DNA from: an uncultured Eubacteriales bacterium
Lineage (GTDB): Bacteria > Bacillota > Clostridia > Oscillospirales > RGIG7773
Reading direction: 5' to 3'
Assembly (NCBI GenBank): GCA_934541205.1
Contig: CAKTDK010000022.1
Coordinates: 1-18,174, forward strand
Length of the DNA stretch: 18,174 nucleotides
The notes beneath the pieces are model-generated. The model saw only the letters and a program-made list of their open reading frames with translations. It was not told the origin of the DNA and made no database searches. Shown piece after piece: positions 16,737 through 18,174 of the stretch. Each line of letters begins with the position of its first letter. Position 1 is the stretch's first letter. The translations under genes were made by a program, and so were the position numbers.

Positions 16737-17135
16737 ATGACAATAAAACTATTAGGACAATTTAATAATATAGACGACGCAGAAACCGCCGCGTCAAGAA
16801 TAAACAAAATTTTTGTCTGTAAAAGCATACGAATACTGTTTTCAAATATAACAAGAGAAAAACCACTTATATTTTATAAAGAAAAAGATTATAAAATACC
16901 CGAAAAAGGAAAAGATGCTTTTGCCTTTAACGGAGTATACAATAAATTTTATTCCTCTGTAAATAAAAAAGAATTAAAAGAAATAAATTTTAAAACAGAT
17001 ACCAATCCTGATTTTGAAATGCGCTCGGCAAAATCATGCGTTTTGGAAATATGCGCAGACTATTATAAAATAAATAATATTGAAAGAACTCTACGAAACT
17101 GCGGAGCATATAACATTACTTTTTCCGGAATATAA
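16737..17135 (+). CDS. Hypothetical protein (132 aa)
   Basis: GAGGAG RBS 9 nt before the ATG. No recognisable motifs. Confidence 0.4.
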   Translation: MTIKLLGQFNNIDDAETAASRINKIFVCKSIRILFSNITREKPLIFYKEKDYKIPEKGKDAFAFNGVYNKFYSSVNKKELKEINFKTDTNPDFEMRSAKSCVLEICADYYKINNIERTLRNCGAYNITFSGI

Positions 17136-17208
17136 AATTTTATCATAAAGTCCTTTTTTTAAACATACTATTTATTAAAATCAAGTATACCAAAACGGGA
17201 GGACTACA

Positions 17209-18138
17209 ATGAACAAGGCTGTATATAAACCTGAAGGAGAGCTTATTTCAACCGAAGAAAATATATTTTATACTTCAACTATTTCCACAATGGAAAAAAC
17301 CATAGGAAAAAATATTATTCTTGAAGGAAAAGCAACGCTTTGCGATACCGATAAAAATTTAATTGTAAATTTTAACGGATTTAAAGGAATTATTCCGAGA
17401 GACGAATGCGTTTTGCAAGATACCGATAAAGAAAACCGAGATATAGCTGTTATTACAAGAGTAAATAAACCGGTTTGTTTTTGTGTTAAAGAAATAAAAG
17501 AAATAAACGGCGAAAAAACAGCAATTCTTTCAAGAAAAGCCGCCCAAAAACTTGCTCTTGATTATCTTTTAAATCTTCCGAAAGGAACTGTGCTTGACGG
17601 AAAAATAACTCATCTTGAACCTTTCGGAGCTTTTGTAGATATCGGATGCGGAATAGTATCTTTGATAACAATAGATTCCATTTCCGTTTCAAGAATTCCT
17701 CATCCAAAAGAACGATTTTATCAGGGGCAAAAAATTAAATGTATAATAAAAGATATTGAAAAAGAAAAAGAACGAATTTTTCTTACTCATAAAGAACTTT
17801 TAGGAACATGGGATGAAAACGCTGCACTATTTTCGCCTGGAGAAACAGTATCCGGCATTGTCAGAAGTATAGAAGATTACGGAGTATTTATAGAACTTAC
17901 ACCAAATTTTGCCGGGCTTGCAGATATAGTTGACGGAATAAAAGAAGGTCAGCACGCGGCAGTTTACATAAAAAATATAATTCCCGAAAAAATGAAAGTT
18001 AAACTTACTATAGTGGACTTTTTCGACTCTCCTTTGGAAAATCCCATAAATAATTATTTTATAACTTCAGGACAAATTAACAAATGGAAATATTCTTCAA
18101 ATAAAAGCAATAAAATTATAGAAACAGTTTTTAAATAA
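17209..18138 (+). CDS. S1 RNA-binding domain protein (three tandem S1-like modules)
   Basis: GGAGGA RBS. Three repeats with the S1 pattern G..V.G.V..I..FGAFV.I: GKATLCDTDKNLIVNFNGFKGIIP, GTVLDGKITHLEPFGAFVDIGCGIVSLI and GETVSGIVRSIEDYGVFIELTPNFAGLADI. Confidence 0.7.
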   Translation: MNKAVYKPEGELISTEENIFYTSTISTMEKTIGKNIILEGKATLCDTDKNLIVNFNGFKGIIPRDECVLQDTDKENRDIAVITRVNKPVCFCVKEIKEINGEKTAILSRKAAQKLALDYLLNLPKGTVLDGKITHLEPFGAFVDIGCGIVSLITIDSISVSRIPHPKERFYQGQKIKCIIKDIEKEKERIFLTHKELLGTWDENAALFSPGETVSGIVRSIEDYGVFIELTPNFAGLADIVDGIKEGQHAAVYIKNIIPEKMKVKLTIVDFFDSPLENPINNYFITSGQINKWKYSSNKSNKIIETVFK

Positions 18139-18140
18139 AT

Positions 18141-18174
18141 AAAAGCCTCCGTAATAATACGGAGGCTTTTATTT
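18141..18174 (+). terminator. Rho-independent terminator
   Basis: aaaagcctccgta / tacggaggctttt stem followed by TTTTATTT. Confidence 0.7.

Overview
Low-GC (about 30%) Firmicutes/Clostridia-like chromosomal segment, mostly housekeeping genes with some decayed accessory sequence. + strand: divergent from a partial thioredoxin gene (- strand, truncated at the window edge), a membrane-anchored phosphodiester-glycosidase (DUF2233-type) gene. Then a three-gene membrane-microdomain operon: DUF1836 MerR-like protein -> short NfeD-like protein -> flotillin (SPFH plus EA-rich coiled coil). Then a 600-bp non-coding tract packed with degenerate hairpin-forming repeats, a small ArAE/FUSC-like membrane protein, and a secreted BspA-type leucine-rich-repeat protein ending in three SLH domains. 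A roughly 2-kb patch (7.3-9.4 kb) between terminators looks decayed. It holds a C-terminal membrane-transporter fragment, a start-less ORF with its own terminator, a GIY-YIG-type nuclease gene whose ATG is in the wrong frame, and a small unknown ORF. The - strand then carries an alpha/beta hydrolase, a second copy of the hairpin repeat, and a housekeeping block: M18 aminopeptidase, SLT-domain transglycosylase, coaE, tsaC/sua5, ZIP metal transporter, prfA (RF1) and DUF951. A divergent intergenic region (16.44-16.62 kb) holds two tandem ~75-bp repeats, each with a perfect 8-bp stem, with a compensatory base-pair change between the copies. It is followed by a hypothetical 132-aa protein and a multi-S1-domain RNA-binding protein. 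I did not recognise any complete described defence or mobile system. The most unusual signals are the two structured repeat families and the decayed nuclease-containing patch.
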